In this document: positions 9,034 to 17,855 of the stretch, in pieces
Layout: every line of letters begins with the position of its first letter
Position numbering within the stretch: position 1 is the first letter of the stretch
Assembly: GCA_965248195.1 (NCBI GenBank)
Contig: CBDFIQ010000001.1
Location: 736,001 to 800,000 of the forward strand
DNA: 64,000 bases
Reading direction: 5' to 3'
Source: Longimicrobiales bacterium
Lineage (GTDB): Bacteria > Gemmatimonadota > Gemmatimonadetes > Longimicrobiales > Gaopeijiaceae
Program-made: the position numbers and the translations under genes
The notes under the pieces: generated by a model
Databases searched by the model: none
The model's input: only the letters and a program-made list of their open reading frames with translations
What the model was told of the DNA's origin: nothing

Positions 9034-10372
9034 AAAAGCCCGCCCGCCGATAGCTTTCGTCCAGCAACTCCACGGGGTGGCGCGCTACGATGTCCGATCC
9101 TTCCAGCAGAAGCCCGGCGCCGATCTGCATCATGCAACCTGGATTTCCCGTCGCCACAATCTCCGCCCCCGTGGCCAAAACTGCGGAAACCTTATCGGCG
9201 CCGATGTCCGCTCCCAGCTCAGCATGAGTTATTCCATAGATCCCGGCCCCACCACAGCACTCCTCTTCGTCCTGAAGCGGAAGGACGACGAGCTCCGGAA
9301 TTGCCTCGAGCAGAGCACGGGGCTCCTGCCTAAGCCCCTGTGCGTGGCATAAATGGCAGGCGGCATCGTACGTGACCCGCGCAGGCAGTGGTGCGCCCAC
9401 CCGCAAGTCGCCATCCGCTAGGAGCTCCGAGATGTCCCGGGTCGAAGCCGCTAGAGCCTCGGCGGTCTCCCGGTATTCCTCATCGGCCTCGAGAAGATGG
9501 CCGTACTCCTTCAGGGCGGCGCCACAGCCGGCCGCGTTCACCGCAACGAAATCGACCTCCGCCGATGCCAGAGCCTGAACGTTGGCCCGCGCCAGTTCGC
9601 GAGCCCCCACCGCATCCCCCGCGTGAGTGTGCAGTGCACCGCAACAGCCCTGTCCGCTCACCTCGACCACCTCGTAGCCGTTGGCCCAGAGGACCCTCTC
9701 GGTGGCGTCGTTCACCCTCGCGAACAGGCCCTCCTGCACACACCCGCGAAGGATGGCCACCCGTCCACGATCACCTGCCGCCCAACGTTGTACGCCGGCC
9801 GATGTCCCAGCTTCCGATGCACCCGGGGCACCTGAACCCGAGGACGCTCCTTCCCGGAACTGTCGCCCTCGGCTCGCCTCGAGCATCGCGAGCCCGAACC
9901 GTATCGGGTGGAAAAGACGGTTCCCCGGAATCCACCTCGCCGCCAGTCCAGCGAGGCCCAGGCCTCGAACGACCCTCGCCAAACGCATGCTCCAGGTCGT
10001 CCACACACGGCTCGAAAAGACAGCCAGAAGCGTCCCAACGACGGCAGGTCTCTTTCGGGCACGGAAAACAGTCTCCCGTGCGGCCTCGAGCAAGACGCCG
10101 TACGCCACGCTCGAGGGGCACACCGGCTCGCACGCACGGCATCCCAAGCAGCGGTCGATATGGGTCTGAAACGCGTCGGATTCAGGGCTCAGCCGGCCCT
10201 CGACCACCGCACGCATGAGGTGGAGCCGGCCGCGCGGCGAATCATTCTCATCGGCCAGGCGGACATAGGTGGGGCACGCCGGTAGGCAAAAGCCGCAGTG
10301 CACGCACGGCATGAGCCGGTCTTCCTGCGCCCAGAGCGCAGCGGCCAACGCAGTTTCGGGGCCCGGATTCAT
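9020..10372 (-). CDS. glcF: Glycolate/D-lactate oxidase iron-sulfur subunit
   Basis: CVHCGFCLPACP, CLGCRACEPVCP and two CCG domains. Confidence 0.88.
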   Translation of the reverse strand: MNPGPETALAAALWAQEDRLMPCVHCGFCLPACPTYVRLADENDSPRGRLHLMRAVVEGRLSPESDAFQTHIDRCLGCRACEPVCPSSVAYGVLLEAARETVFRARKRPAVVGTLLAVFSSRVWTTWSMRLARVVRGLGLAGLAARWIPGNRLFHPIRFGLAMLEASRGRQFREGASSGSGAPGASEAGTSAGVQRWAAGDRGRVAILRGCVQEGLFARVNDATERVLWANGYEVVEVSGQGCCGALHTHAGDAVGARELARANVQALASAEVDFVAVNAAGCGAALKEYGHLLEADEEYRETAEALAASTRDISELLADGDLRVGAPLPARVTYDAACHLCHAQGLRQEPRALLEAIPELVVLPLQDEEECCGGAGIYGITHAELGADIGADKVSAVLATGAEIVATGNPGCMMQIGAGLLLEGSDIVARHPVELLDESYRRAGFYAGP

Positions 10373-11682
10373 TGCGGAAAACGTCCCTGGGCGAGAATCG
10401 AGGCAGGATCGAACGCTGCCTGGATCCCCGTGGTGAACGGAGCGGTCGGACCGGATTCACCCCACGCTCCCATGGACTCCACAATTTCCGGCGGACCCTG
10501 GGAGACCACGAGGCTGCCACCCTCCGCCTCGAGGGACCGCCGAAGAACCCCCAGCACGACCGAGGCCTGTTTCAGCCCTTCGTCCGAACGAGTCATTTGC
10601 GCGATCATCACCCGGAGCACGCCCGTGTGTGCGTGGGCCGCCAGCCGCATCCCCCACCCCGCCGTCGGATCATATAGACCGCTCAGTCGAGAAGTCATCT
10701 CGACCAAATCCGGTAGGCGAGAGGGAAGAAGGCTCAGACGCAACACGAGCTCGGCCCCGTCCTCCATCGCCCTCACGTTTTCGAAAATCGCCGCCGACTC
10801 CTCGCCCTCCAGCCGCTGAACGGGCGGCACGCCCGCACGCTCGGACACGACACGCTCTGCCTCGTCCGCACCGTCGACCGACTCCAGGATTCGGACGGCA
10901 ACCAAGGGGCTCGACGCGCTGGTTCCCGACTCCCCATCTCCGGGCACCAGCAGCTCGACCGCCGCGAGCGAAAGCGGCACCTGGGCAAGGCGGCACGCCA
11001 GCGCCGCGCCCTCAAGAAGGTCGCGGCCCTTGAACAGAAGCGATCTATCACTTGCCGGAACGGGGTGGAGCCGCATGGTCACGCTCGTGATCACCCCCAA
11101 CGTGCCCCAACTGCCGGTGACCAGCTTGAGAAGATCGAAGCCCGCCACGTTCTTGACCACCCTACCGCCAAGGCCAAGCACTCGCCCGTCCCCGGTAACG
11201 AGCGTGGCCCCCAGCACCTGATCCCGGGGGGACCCGAAAGCTGCTTGCAGTGGCCCCGCAACCCCGACCGCCACCATGGCTCCGAGCGTACCCCGCCCTC
11301 CCCCTGGGGGATCGAGCGCGAGCCACTGCCGACACTCCACCGTACGACGCGCCAGCGCGTCCAGCTCGGCCCCCGCCTGGGCCTCAATGAACTGGTCGGC
11401 GGGCTCGTACGCCGTGACGTCATTCATCCTCTTGGTGCTCACCACTACGTCGACACCTTGAGGAGGCTGCCCACCGTGCAGCCAACCCCCTCGCCCCCCC
11501 GGTATACACCGCCAGCCCTCGTCGCTGGACAGCGAGAGGATCTCGGCAACCTGCTCTGTGCTCTCCGGAAAGACGACCGCTTGTGGAACCCGCCCACACA
11601 CCGCCCAGCGCTCGGCCTCGAAACCGTCGACTACCTGCGGCTCGGAAAGCCGGTCTGTCAACAGCCCCGCCAACGGATTCAC
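10369..11682 (-). CDS. glcE: Glycolate oxidase FAD-binding subunit
   Basis: GGRVVKNVAGFDLLKL, GSWGTLG and C-terminal FDP. 4-bp overlaps with both neighbours. Confidence 0.85.
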   Translation of the reverse strand: MNPLAGLLTDRLSEPQVVDGFEAERWAVCGRVPQAVVFPESTEQVAEILSLSSDEGWRCIPGGRGGWLHGGQPPQGVDVVVSTKRMNDVTAYEPADQFIEAQAGAELDALARRTVECRQWLALDPPGGGRGTLGAMVAVGVAGPLQAAFGSPRDQVLGATLVTGDGRVLGLGGRVVKNVAGFDLLKLVTGSWGTLGVITSVTMRLHPVPASDRSLLFKGRDLLEGAALACRLAQVPLSLAAVELLVPGDGESGTSASSPLVAVRILESVDGADEAERVVSERAGVPPVQRLEGEESAAIFENVRAMEDGAELVLRLSLLPSRLPDLVEMTSRLSGLYDPTAGWGMRLAAHAHTGVLRVMIAQMTRSDEGLKQASVVLGVLRRSLEAEGGSLVVSQGPPEIVESMGAWGESGPTAPFTTGIQAAFDPASILAQGRFPQ

Positions 11683-13130
11683 ACGCCCGCTCCCGCGGAG
11701 TCCGCCGGGTCGGGCAGCACCTTGCCGGGGTTCATGCGCCCGCGTGGGTCGAAGACGGCCTTGATACGCCGCATGGCTTCCAACTCGTCAGGACTATGCA
11801 CCAGGCTCATGTAGCGCCGCTTGTCCAAGCCCACGCCATGTTCTCCGGTAATCGTGCCTCCCGCCTCCACGCACACGGCCATGATCTCCGTCGACGCGCG
11901 GTCGACCCGGCTGAGCTCCTCCGGATCGCTCCGATCGAAGAGAAGGTTCGGATGGAGGTTGCCGTCCCCCGCGTGAAAGACGTTGGCGATCGTCAGATCG
12001 TGGCGCACTCCAATCTCAGAAATCCGCTCAAGCACGTCGGTAAGCTTGCTCCGCGGAACGGTTCCGTCCTGAACCATAAGATCGTGCGCGATCTGACCCA
12101 TGGCCCCGAACGCCTTCTTGCGGCCTCTCCAGAGCGCGAGCCTCTCCTCGTCGGAGTCTGCAATGCGGACCTCCCGGGCCCCGGCCGCCCGGCACTGGAC
12201 CACCGCCCGTTCGACATCGGACGCCAGGCCCGTTTCGATACCGTCGAATTCGATCACCAACGCGGCCTCCGAGTCTGTCGGGAACCCCGCCGCGAACACG
12301 CTCGCCTCGACCGCTCGGATCGTGGGTCCATCGATGATTTCCAGAGCCGCCGGCAGAAGCCCCTCGGCCATGATCTCCGTCACGGCAGTGCCGGCATCCC
12401 CCAATCGGTCGAAGATCGCAAGCAGCGTACGCACTCCCTCCGGCTTCGGGAGGAGCCGCACCTCGATCTCGGTAGCGATTCCGAAACACCCCTCGGAACC
12501 GACGAACAAACCCAGAAGATCGTATCCGCCGGATTCCCTGCCGAAGCCGCCGAGTTCTATGATCTTCCCCTCGTAGGTCACGACCGTGAGCCCCGTCACA
12601 TACCGCGACGTGACACCGTACTTGAGGCAATGGGGCCCGCCGGAATTCTCGGCTACGTTCCCTCCCAACGTACAAGCGCTCTGCGACGAGGGATCGGGCG
12701 CGTAGTAAAGCCCAAAGGGCTCCGCCGCTGTCGTGAGATCGGCGTTGATCATCCCCGGCTGAACCCGGGCAAGTCGATTGTCGGGATCGAGTTCGAGCAT
12801 GTCGGTCATTCGCGCCGTACCGACTATTACCGCGTCCCCATCCGCTAGCGCACCTCCGGACAGTCCAGTCCCGGCACCCCTCGGCACCACAGGTACGTCT
12901 TCCTGCGACAGGATGCCCATCACTCGGCTGATTTCGTCGGTGTCCCTGGGGAGCACGACCGCAAGAGGCGTCTTGCGGTAGGCCGTCAGCCCGTCGGATT
13001 CATACGCCAGAAGACGATCCGCGTCGGCGATGACCCAGGCGTCTCCCACAACGCCTCGCAGGCGATCACTCAGGTTCTTCGTCAGCAGCTCGGGCAATCT
13101 GTTCTCCATCCCCGGGGAGAGTGCCGTCAA
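11679..13130 (-). CDS. glcD: Glycolate oxidase FAD-linked subunit
   Basis: PRGAGTGLSGG, PDPSS, ENSGGPHCLKYG, HAGDGNLH and GEHGVG. Confidence 0.9.
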   Translation of the reverse strand: MTALSPGMENRLPELLTKNLSDRLRGVVGDAWVIADADRLLAYESDGLTAYRKTPLAVVLPRDTDEISRVMGILSQEDVPVVPRGAGTGLSGGALADGDAVIVGTARMTDMLELDPDNRLARVQPGMINADLTTAAEPFGLYYAPDPSSQSACTLGGNVAENSGGPHCLKYGVTSRYVTGLTVVTYEGKIIELGGFGRESGGYDLLGLFVGSEGCFGIATEIEVRLLPKPEGVRTLLAIFDRLGDAGTAVTEIMAEGLLPAALEIIDGPTIRAVEASVFAAGFPTDSEAALVIEFDGIETGLASDVERAVVQCRAAGAREVRIADSDEERLALWRGRKKAFGAMGQIAHDLMVQDGTVPRSKLTDVLERISEIGVRHDLTIANVFHAGDGNLHPNLLFDRSDPEELSRVDRASTEIMAVCVEAGGTITGEHGVGLDKRRYMSLVHSPDELEAMRRIKAVFDPRGRMNPGKVLPDPADSAGAGV

Positions 13131-13164
13131 ACGGCCTGATCTCGTCGGTGAACCCGGTGGGCCC

Positions 13165-13716
13165 TCAGGTGCGCTCCTGGGCTAACTGCTCGGCGAGCCT
13201 GTCCGCTACCACTTGGACGGCTGCGCTGTCCTCGTCGGTGAACGCGTTTTCCGTCCTACTATCGATATCGATCAGCCCGAAGATGTCATCGCTGGCACGG
13301 ATCAGCACGACCATTTCGGACTTGACCCTCGGATCACAAACGATGTAGTGGTCCACCGCGCTCACGTCGGGTACATTCGTGTTCTCCCCCTCCGCCACAG
13401 CGGTGCCGCATACGCCCTCGCCGACCGGGATCTTGGAGTGTGGCGTGGGTTTTCCGACGTAATTGTGCAGCCAGACCACGTTCTCCTCGGAATTGACGAG
13501 GTAGATGCCTACCCAGTCGAATCGATCGTCGGCCGCCGCGATGTCCTTGACGGCCCGGCGCAAGAGGGCATCGGAGAGAAACCCATTATCCCTCAGATCC
13601 TGCAACTCATTCAAGACCTCGTTCGGTTCGAGCATCGGGTCCAATTCCGGTTCAGGAAAAGAGGGCAAGCCCTCAAAAAACTTATCGAGTTGGTCGAGTC
13701 GAGTTCGTCGAGCCAA
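13165..13716 (-). CDS. GAF-domain protein, free methionine-R-sulfoxide reductase (fRMsr/MsrC)-like
   Basis: FDWVGIY, GEGVCGTA, HYIVCD, SEMVV and IDIDS. TTG start lies within a tandem repeat. Confidence 0.8.
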   Translation of the reverse strand: MARRTRLDQLDKFFEGLPSFPEPELDPMLEPNEVLNELQDLRDNGFLSDALLRRAVKDIAAADDRFDWVGIYLVNSEENVVWLHNYVGKPTPHSKIPVGEGVCGTAVAEGENTNVPDVSAVDHYIVCDPRVKSEMVVLIRASDDIFGLIDIDSRTENAFTDEDSAAVQVVADRLAEQLAQERT

Positions 13717-13744
13717 GTTCGTCGAGCCAAGTTCGTCGAGCCAA
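13703..13744. repeat. Perfect 14-bp tandem repeat x3 (gttcgtcgagccaa)
   Basis: Copies at 13703, 13717 and 13731. Confidence 0.95.
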
Positions 13745-13844
13745 TACGCTACATGAGACCGCGCCTACGATCAAGGTGGAGTCGCACGTTAGAAGCATCA
13801 TTCGCTGCGGTGCCAGGCCTATTCCGGTGTCCTGAGCCCCGGCG

Positions 13845-14912
13845 TCACCGCGGCGTAAAGTCTGTGTCTGCATCGAGACTCGACACGAAAGCAGCCAACA
13901 GACGAGCCGCGGATTCCAGATCGGAAAGGCTCACCATCTCGTTCGGAGAATGCATGTATCGATTCGGCACCGACACCAGCCCGGTGGGGACACCGGATCG
14001 GGTCAGGTAGATTGCGTCGGCATCCGTATTCGTAGACCGCGCCGCGGCCTGAATCGTATAGGCAATCCCCTCCGCCTCCGCCACCTGCACCAGACGCTCG
14101 AAAACAATCGGGTGGGCCGCCGACCCCCTGCTCAACACAGGGCCCCCTCCCAGCCGGTGCTCCCCCAACTCCTTCTTCTCAATATCGGGGACGTCGGTAC
14201 TGAAGGTGACGTCGACCACAAGGGCGGCGTCCGGCTGGAGTCCGAAGGCACTACTGCGCGCTCCCCCACCCCCACCACCGATCTCTTCTTGGACGGTTGC
14301 AACCGCGACGGCGGACGCCATCGGTGACGCGTCGGAGAGGAGCCGCAGAGCTTCGAGCACCACATACGCGCCGATACGATTATCGATGGCACGGCTCGCG
14401 ATTTGGTCGCCGGCCAAGCTCACCATCTCCGCGTCGATAACCATGGCGTCGCCGACCCTCAGGCCGAGTTCCGTCGCTTCCTCCCGAGATCGCACACCCA
14501 CGTCGACCCAAAGCTTACTGATCTCCGACGCCTTCTTGCGCTCGTCGGCCTTTTGGAGGTGGATGGCCTTCTTCCCCACGACCCCGCGGACGTCGCCCGG
14601 CGCGGCCAAGATTTTCACGCGTTGGCCTACGAGTACTTGGGGATCCCATCCTCCGATTCGATCGACGAAGAGGAAACCGTCCTCGTCGATGTGCGTGATC
14701 TGGAGGCCGATCTCATCGATGTGGCCCGCAAGCATGACGCGTGGCCGTCCATCGGGGTTGACGGTGGCGAGCGTGTTCCCGCTCACGTCCGTTTTAACAT
14801 AGTCCGCGAAGGTTTCCGCCTCCTCACGCCAAAGGCGGGCCGCCCCGACCTCGAATCCGGAGGGGCCGACAGCATCGAGGAGGCTTGCGAGGAAAGGGGG
14901 GGAGTCACTCAT
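13845..14912 (-). CDS. M42-family aminopeptidase
   Basis: AGHIDEIG, RAIDNRIG, QEEIG, DVT and RYMHSPNE. Confidence 0.9.
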   Translation of the reverse strand: MSDSPPFLASLLDAVGPSGFEVGAARLWREEAETFADYVKTDVSGNTLATVNPDGRPRVMLAGHIDEIGLQITHIDEDGFLFVDRIGGWDPQVLVGQRVKILAAPGDVRGVVGKKAIHLQKADERKKASEISKLWVDVGVRSREEATELGLRVGDAMVIDAEMVSLAGDQIASRAIDNRIGAYVVLEALRLLSDASPMASAVAVATVQEEIGGGGGGARSSAFGLQPDAALVVDVTFSTDVPDIEKKELGEHRLGGGPVLSRGSAAHPIVFERLVQVAEAEGIAYTIQAAARSTNTDADAIYLTRSGVPTGLVSVPNRYMHSPNEMVSLSDLESAARLLAAFVSSLDADTDFTPR

Positions 14913-14936
14913 GGTGGCGAAAAGTTATACGCTCAG

Positions 14937-14984
14937 GGACGGCGCTCAAAGGGCGCACCAAGGACGGCGCTCAAAAGAGCGCCC
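14937..14984. repeat. Duplicated hairpin-forming motif (ggacggcgctcaaa x2)
   Basis: Copies at 14937 and 14962, each followed by a complementary gggcgc/gagcgcc. Confidence 0.7.
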
Positions 14985-15001
14985 CATCGATCCCCTCCTG
15001 C

Positions 15002-15475
15002 TTACTCTCCTGCCGATCCAGACGGAGATATCGGATCAGAAGACATCGGATCAGAAGAGCGAGTCCATATTTCGCCCCCGGTCACCTTCACGTGGACCGC
15101 GCCTTCCTGGATGTGGCGTTCGAGTCGAGCCATGATGCGTTTTTGGATGGCGTGCCGCGTCCCTGGGAACAGCAAGCCGAACCCGATCAGGTCGGTGAGG
15201 ATCCCTGGCGTGAGAAGTAGCGCACCCCCCGCAAGCACCGCCATGCCATCCATGATGGCCTGCCCGGGTACACGTCCATTCGCGAGATCATGGCGCAGCC
15301 TCCACATGGTCCTGAGCCCCTGCATGCGCGCCAGCCACGCACCTGTGACGCCCGTGAAGACGACCAAGCCGATCGTGGGCCAAAAACCGACCCACTGGCC
15401 CATCTGAATCAGAAGCGCCAGTTCCAGGAGCGGAACGATGACAAAGAGGAGGGCGAGCCGCCCGAAAAGGTTCAT
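15002..15475 (-). CDS. fxsA: FxsA-family membrane protein
   Basis: LFVIVPLLEL, GAWLARMQG and GALLLTPGILTD. Start at the ATG at 15475. Confidence 0.88.
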   Translation of the reverse strand: MNLFGRLALLFVIVPLLELALLIQMGQWVGFWPTIGLVVFTGVTGAWLARMQGLRTMWRLRHDLANGRVPGQAIMDGMAVLAGGALLLTPGILTDLIGFGLLFPGTRHAIQKRIMARLERHIQEGAVHVKVTGGEIWTRSSDPMSSDPISPSGSAGE

Positions 15476-15611
15476 AGCACAACAATACCCCGGCCTGCCG
15501 GAGATCGGTCCTGTTTTTTGCGGCACCTTCTTCGCGTGCTGGACGCCCACCGTTAGTTTGTGACGGGGCGGCACTCGCCGGAGCCACCCCACTGGAATCG
15601 CACAAACGCAC

Positions 15612-16832
15612 ATGGAAGAAACCTACTTTAGACGGGGATTCGGCCTGAGGTCTCAGGTTCAACCCCTGATCGATCTCGAGTACCACTCCGCCCTCGTCCA
15701 GGACATCCGTTCCGGGGGTCATCGGAGGGTTTTCGGTGATATCACGGTGCGCCTGGCACAGGAGTTCGGATTCTGCTACGGCGTGGATCGGGCCATCGAC
15801 TACGCCTACGAAACCCGCCACAAATTCCCGGAGAAGCGTATTCGCCTGGTTGGCGAAATCATCCACAACCCGCACGTCAATCAGCGCATCCGAGACATGG
15901 GGATGGACTTCATCCGGCCCGGCGCCGAGGGAGAATTCGACTTCTCGGAGTTGACCCAGGAGGATGTGGTGATCCTGCCCGCCTTCGGTATCACCGTCCA
16001 GGACCTGGCCACGCTGAGGGAAATCGGGTGCGTGCTGGTGGATACGACGTGCGGATCGGTTCTCCTGGTCTGGAAGCGCGTGGAGAGCTATGCCCGGGAC
16101 GGGTTCACCGCCCTCATTCACGGAAAGCACCATCACGAGGAATCGAGGGCGACGGCTTCCCAGGTCAGCAACCATGAAGGCGGTCGATACATCATCGTAC
16201 GGGACATGGAGGAGGCGGACCTCGTCTGTGACTACCTCGCCAACCGTAAAAATCGATTATCTCGTGATGCCTTCATCGAACATTTTGAGGCGAAGGCGAC
16301 CGAAGGTTTCGATCCCGACCTGGACCTCCGGATGATCGGTGTAGCGAATCAGACAACCATGTTGGCCAATGATTCGCTCGCCATCGGCGAAAGAATCCGG
16401 GAGGCCATGGTTGAGGGATCTGGAGAAGACTATACCGAGAGAAATTTCCGATCCTTCGGCACGATCTGCTCCGCCACCCAGGAGAGACAGGACGCCATCG
16501 AGGCCATGATGGAGGAGGGACCCCCTGAGGTCATGATCGTCATGGGCGGCTATAACTCATCGAATACCGATCACCTCGCCCATCTCTGCCGAGAGTTCAC
16601 GACCACGTACCACATCGAGGACGCGGCGTGTATCGACCTCGAGGACGGGACGATCAGGCACAAGCCGGATGTCGGCAGCGATACCCCCGAGGAGATGGTC
16701 AACGACTGGATCCCAGAAGGGCCGTTCGATCTGGGGATGACGGCCGGAGCATCGACGCCCAACAACAAGATCGGAGAGGCGCTGCTGCGGATCCTGGAGA
16801 TTCGAGGCGTGGAGCATCAGCTCACAGGGTGA
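15612..16832 (+). CDS. ispH: 4-hydroxy-3-methylbut-2-enyl diphosphate reductase (long form)
   Basis: FGFCYGVDRA, EIIHNP, DTTC, HEE, TICSATQERQ, SSNT and TAGASTP. Confidence 0.95.
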   Translation: MEETYFRRGFGLRSQVQPLIDLEYHSALVQDIRSGGHRRVFGDITVRLAQEFGFCYGVDRAIDYAYETRHKFPEKRIRLVGEIIHNPHVNQRIRDMGMDFIRPGAEGEFDFSELTQEDVVILPAFGITVQDLATLREIGCVLVDTTCGSVLLVWKRVESYARDGFTALIHGKHHHEESRATASQVSNHEGGRYIIVRDMEEADLVCDYLANRKNRLSRDAFIEHFEAKATEGFDPDLDLRMIGVANQTTMLANDSLAIGERIREAMVEGSGEDYTERNFRSFGTICSATQERQDAIEAMMEEGPPEVMIVMGGYNSSNTDHLAHLCREFTTTYHIEDAACIDLEDGTIRHKPDVGSDTPEEMVNDWIPEGPFDLGMTAGASTPNNKIGEALLRILEIRGVEHQLTG

Positions 16833-16865
16833 CGACACCGCTCCGGAGTTCGAGCGCAGGGCCGA

Positions 16866-17855
16866 TCAGAAGCGGGTAATCACCAGGCGAAACCCGATGA
16901 AGGGCCGGCGCACTCCGGGGTCCGCACCGCCCCGAATCCCGGTCCGGATGTTCCTCTCTTCATCGCTGAACGAACCGCCACGCATCACCCAGAGAGCGTC
17001 CGCGTCGAGGCCCTCACGGTCGTTGGCCTCGTCGTAGGGATAGGCCTGGTACGGGCTCCGGGTCCACTCCCAAACGTTGCCACTCATATCGAGGAGGCCG
17101 AAGGGGCACTCCGGGCATTCGAAGCTGCCGACGGACGTCGTACCCTGCCCCCCGTAGTTGGCCCGGTCCCGTCTCGGCTCATTGCCCCACGGGTAGATCC
17201 TCCCGTCGGACCCACGCGCCGCCTTCTCCCATTCGGCTTCAGTCGGTAGGCTGATCCGCCATCCGTCGCGGAGCAGTCGGCTGAGCTCCGGAGGCGTCTC
17301 CGGCCACTGTGTGAGCGTCGTTTCGAGCCACCGGGCATATGCGAGTGCGTCCGTCCAGGAGACGTCGGCCACAGGATGGTCCGGAGGTCCCCTGAACGCC
17401 TCGTCACTGGCCCTGTATCCCGTGTCCTCGACGAACGCCCCAAACTGAGCCACCGTAACCTCGTACCTGCCGACGTAGAACGCGGGGAGATCCACGTTCG
17501 CCTGGGGACGCGCACCCGGCCACCACTCGTTGTCGAAGGCCAGCCGGTCGATCGCGGGGTTACTGCCCATCAAGAACGGGCCGGCCGGAACCTCTACGAA
17601 ACCGAGGAGCTCTTCATCGGGGAGAAACCATGCGTCCGAGCGGAATCCCGAGAGATCTCCGAGGCTGGCCGTAAGCCGGGAAGAGCGCTCCATGTCGCCC
17701 GCCGATTCGGGCTGCGGCCGCTGGAGCGACATCCATAAGGCGACGACCAAAACCAGAGCGACCAGGAATACTAATCCGCCGATCGACGGCGGCGGTCCAC
17801 CGATGGACGGTGACGGCCCGCCGGCACCCTGCCGGGGCTCCTCTCTTCCACTCAC
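16866..17855 (-). CDS. Formylglycine-generating-enzyme (SUMF1/FGE-sulfatase) fold protein, membrane anchored
   Basis: GPFLMGS, YEVTVAQF, LPTEAEWEKAARG, YPWG, DMSGNVWEW, RGGSF and GFRL, plus an N-terminal TM helix. Confidence 0.88.
   Translation of the reverse strand: MSGREEPRQGAGGPSPSIGGPPPSIGGLVFLVALVLVVALWMSLQRPQPESAGDMERSSRLTASLGDLSGFRSDAWFLPDEELLGFVEVPAGPFLMGSNPAIDRLAFDNEWWPGARPQANVDLPAFYVGRYEVTVAQFGAFVEDTGYRASDEAFRGPPDHPVADVSWTDALAYARWLETTLTQWPETPPELSRLLRDGWRISLPTEAEWEKAARGSDGRIYPWGNEPRRDRANYGGQGTTSVGSFECPECPFGLLDMSGNVWEWTRSPYQAYPYDEANDREGLDADALWVMRGGSFSDEERNIRTGIRGGADPGVRRPFIGFRLVITRF

Noticed and set aside
13703..13744. Tandem repeats as a CRISPR array
   Set aside because: No spacers, units differ between loci, and no cas genes are present.
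16857..16866. cagggccgat shared with the lpdA-end repeat as a possible island att pair
   Set aside because: Only 10 bp, GC-rich, and also present inside pdhC (about 44988), so chance is likely.
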